Source: Fibrobacter sp. (GTDB lineage Bacteria > Fibrobacterota > Fibrobacteria > Fibrobacterales > Fibrobacteraceae). From it: a stretch of DNA of 64,000 nt. The notes beneath the pieces were generated by a model, which saw only the letters and a list, made by a program, of their open reading frames with translations, searched no databases and was not told where the DNA came from. Below, one piece after another: positions 35,508 through 44,181 of the stretch. Each line of letters opens with the position of its first letter. Within the stretch, counting starts at the first letter, position 1. The stretch lies in contig JAZLKH010000011.1 of NCBI GenBank assembly GCA_045597545.1, positions 1,284-65,283 of the forward strand, read 5' to 3'. Both the position numbers and the translations under genes were made by a program.

Positions 35508-35777
35508 ACCCTTCCTCTGGAAGAATACGCCCTGGACATGAACATTCAATTTGACGCCGTATCTCTTGACGCGCGTCTCATGAGCATTAGCATTTCCAGC
35601 AAGCGAGTCAAGGACGGTAACACCGAAACGGAATATTCCTTCAACTTCGAGAAGGACGCCGACAAGGACGACTTCGACATGATCATTCCCTATTTCAAAG
35701 TCAAGGAACCAGATGAATTCAAACGCAAGAAAAAGCGCCCCTTCATTTACTACGATACCTACTTCACTATTGAATAA
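35508..35777 (+). pseudogene. 5'-deleted paralog of the 48068-48628 gene
   Basis: TLPLEEYALDMNIQFDAV...KDGNTETEYSFNFEKDADKDDFD...PFIYYDTYFTIE matches the second half of 48068-48628; an RBS-like AAGGAAAA is followed directly by mid-gene sequence with no ATG. Confidence 0.7.
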
Positions 35778-35778
35778 C

Positions 35779-35814
35779 AAAAAAAGTCGCACTTAAGAAA
35801 GTGCGACTTTTTTT
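35779..35814. terminator. Bidirectional terminator
   Basis: AAAAAAGTCGCACTT-AAGA-AAGTGCGACTTTTTT. Confidence 0.8.
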
Positions 35815-35831
35815 CTATCCTGTAAGCTATT

Positions 35832-37088
35832 TTACTTACTCAAATCCCTATTGGTCATGGCGCAGACGCAGGAGTCGGACCACACGTTTTCTGCAGTCTC
35901 GATCATGTCGATGATGGCGTACAGCGGGAGGATCACGCCCATGACGCCGATGTTTGCGTTCATGCCCACCATAAGGGAGAGTGTCAGGAAGTAGCAGCCC
36001 ATAGGAACGCCTGCGTTACCCACCGCAGAAAGCACGGAAATGAACACCCAGGTAATCATGGTACCAAGCGTCAGTTCCACGCCGCTGTTCTGCATCACGA
36101 AAAGGCTGGTCACCAGAATGAAGGCGGCACAACCGTTCATGTTGATGGTCGTGCAGATGGGAAGCACAAAGCGGGAAACTTCGGGATTCACCTTCAGGTT
36201 GTCCTCAGCGGACTGCATGGTCACAGGAAGCGTTGCGGCAGAACTCTTGGTGAAGAAAGCCATCATGACGGCAGGGCTCATCTTCTTGAGAACGTGCAGC
36301 GGATTCAGGCCGCGGGCAATGAGAAACAGGGGCAGCACCACGCAGAACTGCAGGACGTTTCCGCCCATCACAACCGCAAGATACTTACCCAAGGAACCGA
36401 CCACGACGCCGGCGCTGACCTGAGCGGAAAGCTGGGCTGCAAAAGCAACGACACCGAGAGGCAAAGCCCAGACTAGAGCGCGAATCAGGGTGAACAGCAA
36501 TTCGCGAAGACCGAGAACCGCCTTCATCAGGGCGGACTTATTTTCGGATTCCGGCATAAAAGCAAGGCCAAGGCCCACGGCGGCAGCCACCATCAGGATG
36601 CTCAGTACGTTACCTTCCAGGAAGGGCCTTACCATGTTGTTGGGGACGATGCTCAGGAAATGCTCGGAATAGCTCATGGCCTTCAGGTTCTGGGGAACGT
36701 CCGCGATGCCACCGCTGACCAAATCCATGGGGAGGTTACCCGGTCCGATAATCTTATAAAGCAACAGCCCCACGAAGGCGGCGGCAAAGGTGGTGAGCAA
36801 GGTGTAAATAATGGTACGGCCAAAAATACGCCCTGTATTCTTCTGCACACCAAGGGCAGAGAGCGTGGTAATGAGCGCCAGGGCGATAGTCGGTACCGCC
36901 ACGAACTGGAACAGTCGAGTATAAACGGAAGCCACAAAGTTTACGACGGTCTGGAGACCTTCGGACTGGACAAGGCCCAAAAGGGCACCAACCACCAGGG
37001 CAACCACCCACACGATGATTTGCAATTTCACGGACTTTTTCTTCTTGGCGACAGACTGGGCCGCATTTTCCTTAACATTCTGAGACAT
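35832..37088 (-). CDS. Dicarboxylate/amino acid:cation symporter (DAACS family)
   Basis: AFFTKSSAATLP, LPICTTINMNGCA, VGNAGVP, DMIETAENVWSD. Confidence 0.9.
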   Translation of the reverse strand: MSQNVKENAAQSVAKKKKSVKLQIIVWVVALVVGALLGLVQSEGLQTVVNFVASVYTRLFQFVAVPTIALALITTLSALGVQKNTGRIFGRTIIYTLLTTFAAAFVGLLLYKIIGPGNLPMDLVSGGIADVPQNLKAMSYSEHFLSIVPNNMVRPFLEGNVLSILMVAAAVGLGLAFMPESENKSALMKAVLGLRELLFTLIRALVWALPLGVVAFAAQLSAQVSAGVVVGSLGKYLAVVMGGNVLQFCVVLPLFLIARGLNPLHVLKKMSPAVMMAFFTKSSAATLPVTMQSAEDNLKVNPEVSRFVLPICTTINMNGCAAFILVTSLFVMQNSGVELTLGTMITWVFISVLSAVGNAGVPMGCYFLTLSLMVGMNANIGVMGVILPLYAIIDMIETAENVWSDSCVCAMTNRDLSK

Positions 37089-37143
37089 AATAACCTCGAA
37101 AAAAATTACCAAGACGGAATTTAAATTTTTTTTGTACTTTTGT

Positions 37144-37172
37144 TTTACAATATCATAAATCCTTCCGATAAG
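37144..37172 (+). promoter_or_regulatory. Putative promoter TTTACA-N16-CGATAAG
   Basis: Matches 10431 and 63392; would place the transcript start just before the first stem-loop at 37182. Confidence 0.45.
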
Positions 37173-37181
37173 AATTGTGTA

Positions 37182-37298
37182 GGGACAAAGGGTGTTCCTA
37201 GCTTCAAAAAATGAATTCTACACCCCGTCCCAAGTTTTTAAAAAGAGCATAGGGTGTTCCTATTTTCGATATCTTCATTATAATACTCCCCGCTCTTT
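37182..37298 (+). ncRNA. Two tandem structured RNA units upstream of the helical/TerD gene
   Basis: Unit 1: GGGAC-AAA-GGGTGT-TCCTA..ACACCC-C-GTCCC (37182-37231). Unit 2: AAAGAGC-ATA-GGGTGT-TCCTA..ACTCCC-C-GCTCTTT (37242-37298). Outer stems differ in sequence but both pair. Confidence 0.6.
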
Positions 37299-37313
37299 AT
37301 TTTTTCAGGAGGA

Positions 37314-39155
37314 ATGATGTTTACATTTTCTATGGACAATTTCGGCAAGGCACGCAAAATCGGCAGCATGGGTGATGGCGCCCAAAAGGCCTCTTACCGC
37401 GAAGTCTGCGAGTTGGCCGCCGAACATGGATACATCATTCACCCCGATTGCTGTACCGAAGAAGTCATGGAATGGCTCAACTTCAAGGCAATAAATTACA
37501 ATAGCACCTTCTACCAGACATGGGAAGACGTTGTTTCCCGTAACCGCATTGAACTGCTAATCGACCAGCTGATTCACTATGCCACTACCTACGGCACGCA
37601 AATGCAGGGTGAGCCTTATGTGCCCAACGAACATTTCAATAACGATGTGGATTTCAGCATTCCCTATAAGGAACTGAAGCTGATTACGCCCATCAGTGAC
37701 GATGAACTGTTTGAAAAGTGCCGCGAAGCACTTTATGCAGGTGTAGCTCTCAAGAGCAATACCCTCACCAACTATGTCGATTTCATTGCAGCCTATATCG
37801 ATGAGTACGACGCTGAAATCGATGTGGAAGCCATCAAGAACCGTGATGCCTACTGCATCATGTGCAGCAAGTTGGGAAAATTTCCCAGCGACCCCGTCAT
37901 GGCGCTGAAAATTTTGGTGTATACCGCCACCAGTTCATGTACTTTTGTGCAGAACGACGATTTGTTCCGCAACATCAAATTTGGTCATCCGGTAAACCTT
38001 AAGCAGCTTACCAATGATCAGATCAAAGGCTTCGCCACGATTTTCAACCGCTTCAAGCGCATATTCCTGTCGTTCAAGAAACAGGGTGGCGACAATGTCG
38101 CTGTCATCAACCGCATCAGCAAGCTTTCCAAAACCCTTCATCAGCCAATGGTCAAGGGATTCTGGGAATCCATTTTGGAAGAGGAAAAGAGCGTCGAAGA
38201 AATTGCCGCCCATTTGAAGTCCCTCAACAACTTCAAGAAGGTACGCCTTATGCAGTTGGTGATGGAACGTTTGAATCCATCCAAGGATCACGTTTATGTT
38301 ATCCGTAACGGCAAGTCCTTTGTACGTTTGGGCTACACTCCCAATGCCGTTAGCGAAAGCTACTGCAACACGCTTTACAGCATGATCCGCGAAAGCCTTG
38401 TGGACTCCTTGAAGCCCAAGGCATGCCCCATCAGACTGCCCAAGAACTGTGAACTGACTTTGCCTTCTTCCGAGAAGACGTTCGTAGGCAACATTCCCTT
38501 TGGCACAAGCATCAAGATGGCCAACCACAACATTGTGGGCATCTATTGGCGCAACGAATGGGGCACCCACGATTTTGACCTTTCCTTTATGACATTGAAC
38601 GGCTGTAAAATCGGTTGGAACGCGGCCTACTATAATGAGCATAACGTAATTTTTTCCGGTGACATGACCAATGCCGATCCGGAAGCCACCGAACTTATGT
38701 ACATGAGTGAATCGGCTCCCGACGCAGTTGTTCAAATCAACCGCTTCAACGGAAGCAACGGCAGCAAGTTCCGCCTTTTCTTTGCTCAAGAAGACCTGAG
38801 CGATAAGGAGGAACTGCGTAACTATATGGTGGATCCCAACTCCATCCTATGGGATGTAATGGTCGAAAGCGACGATGCCCAGCAAAATGTGGGACTTATC
38901 AGCGATAACACCTTTTACATGATGAATCTGCAGACGGGCAATGCCCGGGTTTCCGGCAACAACGCATACAACCATGCCTTTATTGAAACCATAAAGGCAC
39001 GCACCAAGTGTTTCGTAAAATTGGCGGACATCCTTGCGGACGCAGGATTTACGGTCATTGACGAAAATACAGCTGACGGCGCAAACGCCACCGCAGACAA
39101 TGTCATGGACTTCTGCGATTTGAAGAAGGATACCATCATCAACCTGATGGCGTAA
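37314..39155 (+). CDS. Alpha-helical (ROT/TROVE-like) protein with C-terminal TerD-like domain
   Basis: AGGAGG RBS; NSTFYQTWEDV...QLIHYATTYG; IRNGK; PSSEKTFVGNIPFGT; TerD-like VGIYW....DFDLS....IGWN...FSGDMTNA..EATE. Confidence 0.6.
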   Translation: MMFTFSMDNFGKARKIGSMGDGAQKASYREVCELAAEHGYIIHPDCCTEEVMEWLNFKAINYNSTFYQTWEDVVSRNRIELLIDQLIHYATTYGTQMQGEPYVPNEHFNNDVDFSIPYKELKLITPISDDELFEKCREALYAGVALKSNTLTNYVDFIAAYIDEYDAEIDVEAIKNRDAYCIMCSKLGKFPSDPVMALKILVYTATSSCTFVQNDDLFRNIKFGHPVNLKQLTNDQIKGFATIFNRFKRIFLSFKKQGGDNVAVINRISKLSKTLHQPMVKGFWESILEEEKSVEEIAAHLKSLNNFKKVRLMQLVMERLNPSKDHVYVIRNGKSFVRLGYTPNAVSESYCNTLYSMIRESLVDSLKPKACPIRLPKNCELTLPSSEKTFVGNIPFGTSIKMANHNIVGIYWRNEWGTHDFDLSFMTLNGCKIGWNAAYYNEHNVIFSGDMTNADPEATELMYMSESAPDAVVQINRFNGSNGSKFRLFFAQEDLSDKEELRNYMVDPNSILWDVMVESDDAQQNVGLISDNTFYMMNLQTGNARVSGNNAYNHAFIETIKARTKCFVKLADILADAGFTVIDENTADGANATADNVMDFCDLKKDTIINLMA

Positions 39156-39176
39156 CGGCAAAGTATGTAATTCCGG

Positions 39177-39207
39177 AGAATGCCTCCATACGGGGCATTC
39201 TTTTTTT
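39177..39207 (+). terminator. Intrinsic terminator
   Basis: AGAATGCCTC-CATAC-GGGGCATTCT-TTTTT. Confidence 0.7.
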
Positions 39208-39251
39208 ATAGATTTGAAGCAGGCGTACTATTCCACAACCAGGAGAAACCT

Positions 39252-39917
39252 ATGGCAAACGAACTTGACGAATTGACTGGCCCGGTAAATACTGAAGGTC
39301 GCGACATCAACGTCATCGAAAAACAGCTTCCCATAAAAGTTGGCTTCGGTTCTGTTTTATTTGAAATTCTGCTTTGGGTATGCGGAATATTGCCGGGCAT
39401 TATCTTCTTATTCATGAAGGTGAGCGCAAAGAACTATTTTCAGCAGTTGCAGCAAAAACTGCAGGCGGACGCTTCTACCATAGACAACTACCTGGAACAG
39501 CGCGTACAGATTTTGCAGAATGTCGCTCCCCTCGTAAACAAGGCGATCGACCTGGATAAGGATGTCATGAAGACGGTCGCCGCCTATCGCGGCGGCGCTC
39601 GCATTACAGACGAAAACCGCAACGAGATTTCCCAAAACCTCGATAGAAGTTTCGGACGGTTGTTCCCGCAGGTGGAAGCGTACCCGGACCTGAAAGCCCA
39701 CAAGGCCATTGCCGACGCCATGCAGCAAAACGACTACCTGCAGCGCGAAATTACAGCCGCACGCAACCTGTACAACGACACGGCAAACCAGTGGAACACC
39801 GATGTCTATGCCTGGCCAACAAAGATGATCGTCGCGGCACGCAATGGCTACACCACGCGCATTCCGTTTACAGCTTCTGCCGAAACAAAGGCTCGTGCAC
39901 GCAGCACGTTCTTTTAA
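39252..39917 (+). CDS. lemA: LemA family protein
   Basis: TM helix, STIDNYLEQR, VEAYPDLKA, EITAARNLYND....WN....WPT..VA. Confidence 0.85.
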   Translation: MANELDELTGPVNTEGRDINVIEKQLPIKVGFGSVLFEILLWVCGILPGIIFLFMKVSAKNYFQQLQQKLQADASTIDNYLEQRVQILQNVAPLVNKAIDLDKDVMKTVAAYRGGARITDENRNEISQNLDRSFGRLFPQVEAYPDLKAHKAIADAMQQNDYLQREITAARNLYNDTANQWNTDVYAWPTKMIVAARNGYTTRIPFTASAETKARARSTFF

Positions 39918-39923
39918 GCCGCA

Positions 39924-41660
39924 ATGGAAGACATAGTTTACGAACCGCTCGCAAGCTATCGCGATAAATTCTGCAGCGCATTCCGCAAGAATGCCGAAGA
40001 CGCATTCCAGGAAATTGCAGAAAAGGCTGGCATCGATAAAGAAGCAAATAAAAAGCTGTGCCTAGAAATTGCAAACCTGGAAAGCAGCCTGGAAGACCTG
40101 AGGAAACGACGCTCCCGCCTAAACTTTATACGAGTCCTACTTTGGATTCTGGCGATAGCGCTATTCTGCATTTTACCCCTTGACGTATGCGACCAGGCCA
40201 TTGGAATCCTGAGCCTCGTCATTGCAGTATTCATTGTACTCTACATTTTCATTTCGCTGAATAAAAAAATTAAAGAAGCAAAAGAAGAAATTGAAAATCT
40301 TGATTCCTGCGTAGAGCAAAAAAAAGATGAAGCCTGGGAACAAATGGCGCCCTTGAACAGTCTTTTCAGCTGGGACATTCCGGCAAGGCTAATCGAAAAG
40401 ACGATTCCCATACTTCACTTTGACCCGTACTTTACCAAAGAACGAATGGCGGAACTGGAAGAGGATTTTGGATACGACAATTCCCTAAACGAAGATGCAT
40501 CCGTCATTTATTCGCAAAGCGGAAGCATTAACGGCAACCCGTTCGTAATAGCAGAAATCAAGACGAGTTACATCGGGACAGAAATATATACCGGGCAAAA
40601 GACCATTCACTGGACAACTACTACGAGAGGTTCCGACGGCAGGTATCACAGGGTTTCAAGATCGCAGACTCTTACGGCAACGGTCGAAAAGCCATGCCCC
40701 AAATACGGAAACGAAAAGTTCGTACTTTACGGAAACGAGGCCGCTCCGAACCTAAAGTTTCTCAGAATTCCAACAGGTCTGAGCGAAGACGGATTCTTCC
40801 AGAAATTCAGACGAAAGCAAAAGTTAAAGGAACTGCAAAAATTTTCAAGGAACCTTGAAGACGATTCCGACTACACGCTAATGTCAAACCATGATTTCGA
40901 AGTCCTCTTTGAAACCAAGAACCGCAACAACGAAGTGGAATACAGGTTGCTGTTTACGGCACTTGCACAAAGACAGATGCTAGACCTAATCAAGGACTCG
41001 ACCTACGCCTTTGGCGATGACTTCCAGTTTTTGAAGCAGCAAAAATTGAACTTGATTATTCCCGATCACTTAAAAAATTTAAGGCTGGACACAAACCCGA
41101 ATCAATTTGCTGACTTCGACTTTGAGCGTACCAAGAGCAACTTCGTAAGCATCAACCAGGAATATTTTAGGGCGGTCTACTTTGCAATGGCGCCGCTCCT
41201 TGCGATTCCCCTTTACCAGCAAATGCGCACCCGAAAAACAATTTATGGTGACGATTGCCCCAAATCATCCTACTGGGAATGGGAAGCTATTGCAAACTCG
41301 CACGGAGAAGACGCTTTTAAACACAAGGACTGCATCACGGATTGCATACTGAAGACTTCCTTATCCGACGAAAACGAAAAAAACACAATCGTCAATGTTA
41401 CCGCCCACGGTTACATGGGCGAAAGATGCGTGGACTACGTAAGCGTTCTTGGCGGCGACGGCAGGTATCACAAGGTTCCGGTAGAATGGATTCTGTATAC
41501 GCCGGTATCAAAGACTAGCTCCATGCTTATCGAAGAACACCCGGAACTTGCAACCGACATCATGGCAAAAGACGACTTCTACAAAAAAGGAATGATGCTT
41601 CGAAGGGGAATCTATTCGAAGACTCCTAGAGGCTTCAAATACTCTTCCACATTCAGGTAG
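39924..41660 (+). CDS. LemA-associated membrane protein (resembles Mollicutes MAG1210 family)
   Basis: Two TM helices plus coiled coil, AWEQMAPLN.LF.W, SG.INGNPF, RNNEVEYRLLFT.LAQ, GGDGRYHKVPVEW; 6 bp after lemA. Confidence 0.55.
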   Translation: MEDIVYEPLASYRDKFCSAFRKNAEDAFQEIAEKAGIDKEANKKLCLEIANLESSLEDLRKRRSRLNFIRVLLWILAIALFCILPLDVCDQAIGILSLVIAVFIVLYIFISLNKKIKEAKEEIENLDSCVEQKKDEAWEQMAPLNSLFSWDIPARLIEKTIPILHFDPYFTKERMAELEEDFGYDNSLNEDASVIYSQSGSINGNPFVIAEIKTSYIGTEIYTGQKTIHWTTTTRGSDGRYHRVSRSQTLTATVEKPCPKYGNEKFVLYGNEAAPNLKFLRIPTGLSEDGFFQKFRRKQKLKELQKFSRNLEDDSDYTLMSNHDFEVLFETKNRNNEVEYRLLFTALAQRQMLDLIKDSTYAFGDDFQFLKQQKLNLIIPDHLKNLRLDTNPNQFADFDFERTKSNFVSINQEYFRAVYFAMAPLLAIPLYQQMRTRKTIYGDDCPKSSYWEWEAIANSHGEDAFKHKDCITDCILKTSLSDENEKNTIVNVTAHGYMGERCVDYVSVLGGDGRYHKVPVEWILYTPVSKTSSMLIEEHPELATDIMAKDDFYKKGMMLRRGIYSKTPRGFKYSSTFR

Positions 41661-43387
41661 TTGATACCATCCACAACCTGGGTGGCACCGCGATAAATCA
41701 CGTTCTTACTTACAATGGTGCCGTAACGAAATTCCGTATCGCGGCACTTTTTTGCATCCTTCAAATGGCGGTACTGTTCCTTCGCCACAATTTCGGAATG
41801 TTTGATTTCATAAATTTCGCAGGTCGCATTTTCAGAATTCGCCACGACCATGTCAAACTCGCCCACGGCAAACTGCAACTTGAAAACTTTACAGTCCGGC
41901 CGAGCGACTTTTGTTTCCAGCAAAACAATTTCTTCCATCATCCGGCCCCGGATTTCTTCAAGGATTCGGTCAGCAATCGCCTTGCGCTCCATCAGGGAAC
42001 AGCTGCGGAATACATCATCCTGCAAAAGGGAATCAATCAGCGCCTTCGCCTGGGCGTAACGCAGCCCCGGCTGTGAAATTGTCGTCATCCGTTCCCGCCG
42101 ATTAAAATCTCCAAAGTTTTCCACATCAATGTCAACCGTCAAGTCCAAAAGGTCAAGATACTCACGGATTTCCCGCACATGATCTTGTGTAACGGCAACA
42201 CTCATTTCTCTGCGATTTTTCACATCCAGACTTTTCATCAACCGGGCCGTTACCTTTACCACATCAATTCGGTCTAGAATGTCCGTTGGGCGGAAACGAT
42301 CCTTGCGCAAATTCCTTGCAGAAATTCCTAAATCTCCAGAGTGGAAATCACGAGTCAAAACATCCAATGCAAAACGATGGTTGATGTCTTCTACAATGCG
42401 GTTAATTGCATTCGTAAGCTCACCCGCCTCGTACAGAGACCTGAGCGAACGGAAATGCCCCTCGTTCTGGTAACATTTCAAGGAATGCTGAATATTCTTG
42501 GCAATCGCGCTATCCACATACTCGTTTGCGCTCTTCACGCTTGCAAAGGTAAACCGGTCCTTATTATATTCGCAGCCACCCATGCTCATGGTGCCACCAT
42601 AACGGATATACTCGTCAATGCCATTCAAACCGAGCACCCGCTCAAATTCTCGATAGGGAATAAAAGTGGTGTGCAGCATTTCTGCACGATCGTAAAGTTG
42701 CTCATCCTCAGAAAAAACAAATCCCAGGGAATCCGTACCCGAAAGCACAATTTTCATGCCGCAAGAGGCGAACACATCTGCAAACAGAGCCGCCCCCTCG
42801 ATAAAGTCCGCAAGCATGGTCACCTCGTCGACGAATACATACTTGAAGCCCCTCGCCTCCAAAATTTTAAGGTCGCTGTTCAAGTCTGCAAGACTGTTCC
42901 TTGAATTCACCTGAATAAAAGCCGACTTTATCAAATCCGCAGAAGACATTTCCCCAAACAGCTGGCGAATCAAAGTAGTCTTGCCTGTACGACGAAGCCC
43001 ATACAGAATGAAAACTCGGTCATTGCCCGGACCATAAATGTAACCTTGCAAACGCGCAAAGCCATCACGCTTTTTCCACTGCAGAACGTTGGCAGCAAAA
43101 TTCGTAAGGGCAGCCCCAACCTTTACTTCCGTCTTGAAACTTTGCGTATCAAAGCCGACGGAACCCGCATTATAAACTGCTGAACCTTCACGAAGCACCA
43201 GGCCACTCGCAAGCGACGCGGCAACCGACTTCGTCGCCTTGCGTTGTTCAATCTCTGCTAAAAGTGCCGGCAGCTCATCATCCTTCACGCGGCGGGAACG
43301 CTGCTTGCCATCTTCCATCCACTGGTAATACGCATAACGCTTACCGTTGATGGTCTTGTAGGTGATTCCGCCGATGCTCTTCGTCAT
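41612..43387 (-). CDS. AAA+ ATPase with C-terminal PD-(D/E)xK (DUF4143-like) domain and small N-terminal nucleic-acid-binding-like domain
   Basis: GLRRTGKTT, VFVDEVT, LSGTDS, YIRYGG, GEFDMVV...IYEIKHS; N-terminal KTINGKRYAYYQW. Confidence 0.8.
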   Translation of the reverse strand: MTKSIGGITYKTINGKRYAYYQWMEDGKQRSRRVKDDELPALLAEIEQRKATKSVAASLASGLVLREGSAVYNAGSVGFDTQSFKTEVKVGAALTNFAANVLQWKKRDGFARLQGYIYGPGNDRVFILYGLRRTGKTTLIRQLFGEMSSADLIKSAFIQVNSRNSLADLNSDLKILEARGFKYVFVDEVTMLADFIEGAALFADVFASCGMKIVLSGTDSLGFVFSEDEQLYDRAEMLHTTFIPYREFERVLGLNGIDEYIRYGGTMSMGGCEYNKDRFTFASVKSANEYVDSAIAKNIQHSLKCYQNEGHFRSLRSLYEAGELTNAINRIVEDINHRFALDVLTRDFHSGDLGISARNLRKDRFRPTDILDRIDVVKVTARLMKSLDVKNRREMSVAVTQDHVREIREYLDLLDLTVDIDVENFGDFNRRERMTTISQPGLRYAQAKALIDSLLQDDVFRSCSLMERKAIADRILEEIRGRMMEEIVLLETKVARPDCKVFKLQFAVGEFDMVVANSENATCEIYEIKHSEIVAKEQYRHLKDAKKCRDTEFRYGTIVSKNVIYRGATQVVDGINYLNVEEYLKPLGVFE

Positions 43388-43418
43388 AATATTCCGCCCT
43401 TTTGCGCGTTTTTCTCGT

Positions 43419-43449
43419 TTTAACTTAAAATTTAACTTATTAAGTTAAA
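43419..43449. promoter_or_regulatory. Direct plus inverted TTTAACTTA repeats upstream of the AAA+ gene
   Basis: TTTAACTTA at 43419 and 43431, TAAGTTAAA at 43441. Confidence 0.45.
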
Positions 43450-43627
43450 GAGGGCAAGAGCGGCGAGAAGCGGACAAAGCATATCAACACTAATCTTTAC
43501 TTATCCACAGCTTTTTCTATTAGGCGTTAACGAACAGACCAACCTTAAAGAAGGTCAGGAAAGCATCAAGATAGATGTTGCGGGATTGCAGCCAAACAAT
43601 GTAAATAATTAAAAAATCATACATTAC

Positions 43628-43656
43628 TTGACATTTTTTGTAAAGCATTGTATATT
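43628..43656 (+). promoter_or_regulatory. Sigma70-type promoter
   Basis: TTGACA-N17-TATATT about 30 bp before the ATG at 43688. Confidence 0.6.
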
Positions 43657-43687
43657 TTTAGCATTAAATTTGACAACCGAGTGTACA

Positions 43688-44164
43688 ATGATCAAGGAAA
43701 GACTTAAAGAAATAGATTTAAAAATTACGGATTTATCGGAATTTCTAAAAATATCTCGTCAAACCCTATACAAGTATATCGAAGACTTTGACAATGGCAA
43801 TCACAAGGCTGTTAATAGGAACGTTCTTAAACTATTCAAATTTATCAATGATAACGAACTTGTAGGTAAAAGGGCAACCATCAACTACATCTTGACCAAC
43901 CTGGTAGATGAAAAAGAACTAGGCGAAAAAGCTGATACTACAGGATTCATGTTGATTAAAAAAAAGATGATTTCTGAACCGGACTCAGCCAAGTCTCGTT
44001 TCATGAAGTTACTCGCAGAAAAGTCAGACTTTGATGATGTTTGCGATTACATGCTAAAAATCTACCCTCTTCTGCGCAAACGTAATCTAACAGAAGACGA
44101 AATTGCCCTAATTAAACCATACGACGATATTAGAAACATTATCGAGTCAAAAAAAGAAGGATAA
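43688..44164 (+). CDS. HTH (XRE-like) DNA-binding protein
   Basis: LKEIDLKITDLSEFLKISRQTLYKYI helix-turn-helix; AT-rich. Confidence 0.7.
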   Translation: MIKERLKEIDLKITDLSEFLKISRQTLYKYIEDFDNGNHKAVNRNVLKLFKFINDNELVGKRATINYILTNLVDEKELGEKADTTGFMLIKKKMISEPDSAKSRFMKLLAEKSDFDDVCDYMLKIYPLLRKRNLTEDEIALIKPYDDIRNIIESKKEG

Positions 44165-44181
44165 ACAAGAAGGAGAAATTT

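Noticed and set aside
37182-37298. Tandem units as CRISPR repeats or simple terminators
   Set aside because: Only two units; conservation is structural with large loops, and unit 1 lacks an adjacent U-tract. Kept as candidate ncRNA instead.
43501-43509. Perfect DnaA box TTATCCACA
   Set aside because: Single box with no cluster or origin-type gene context
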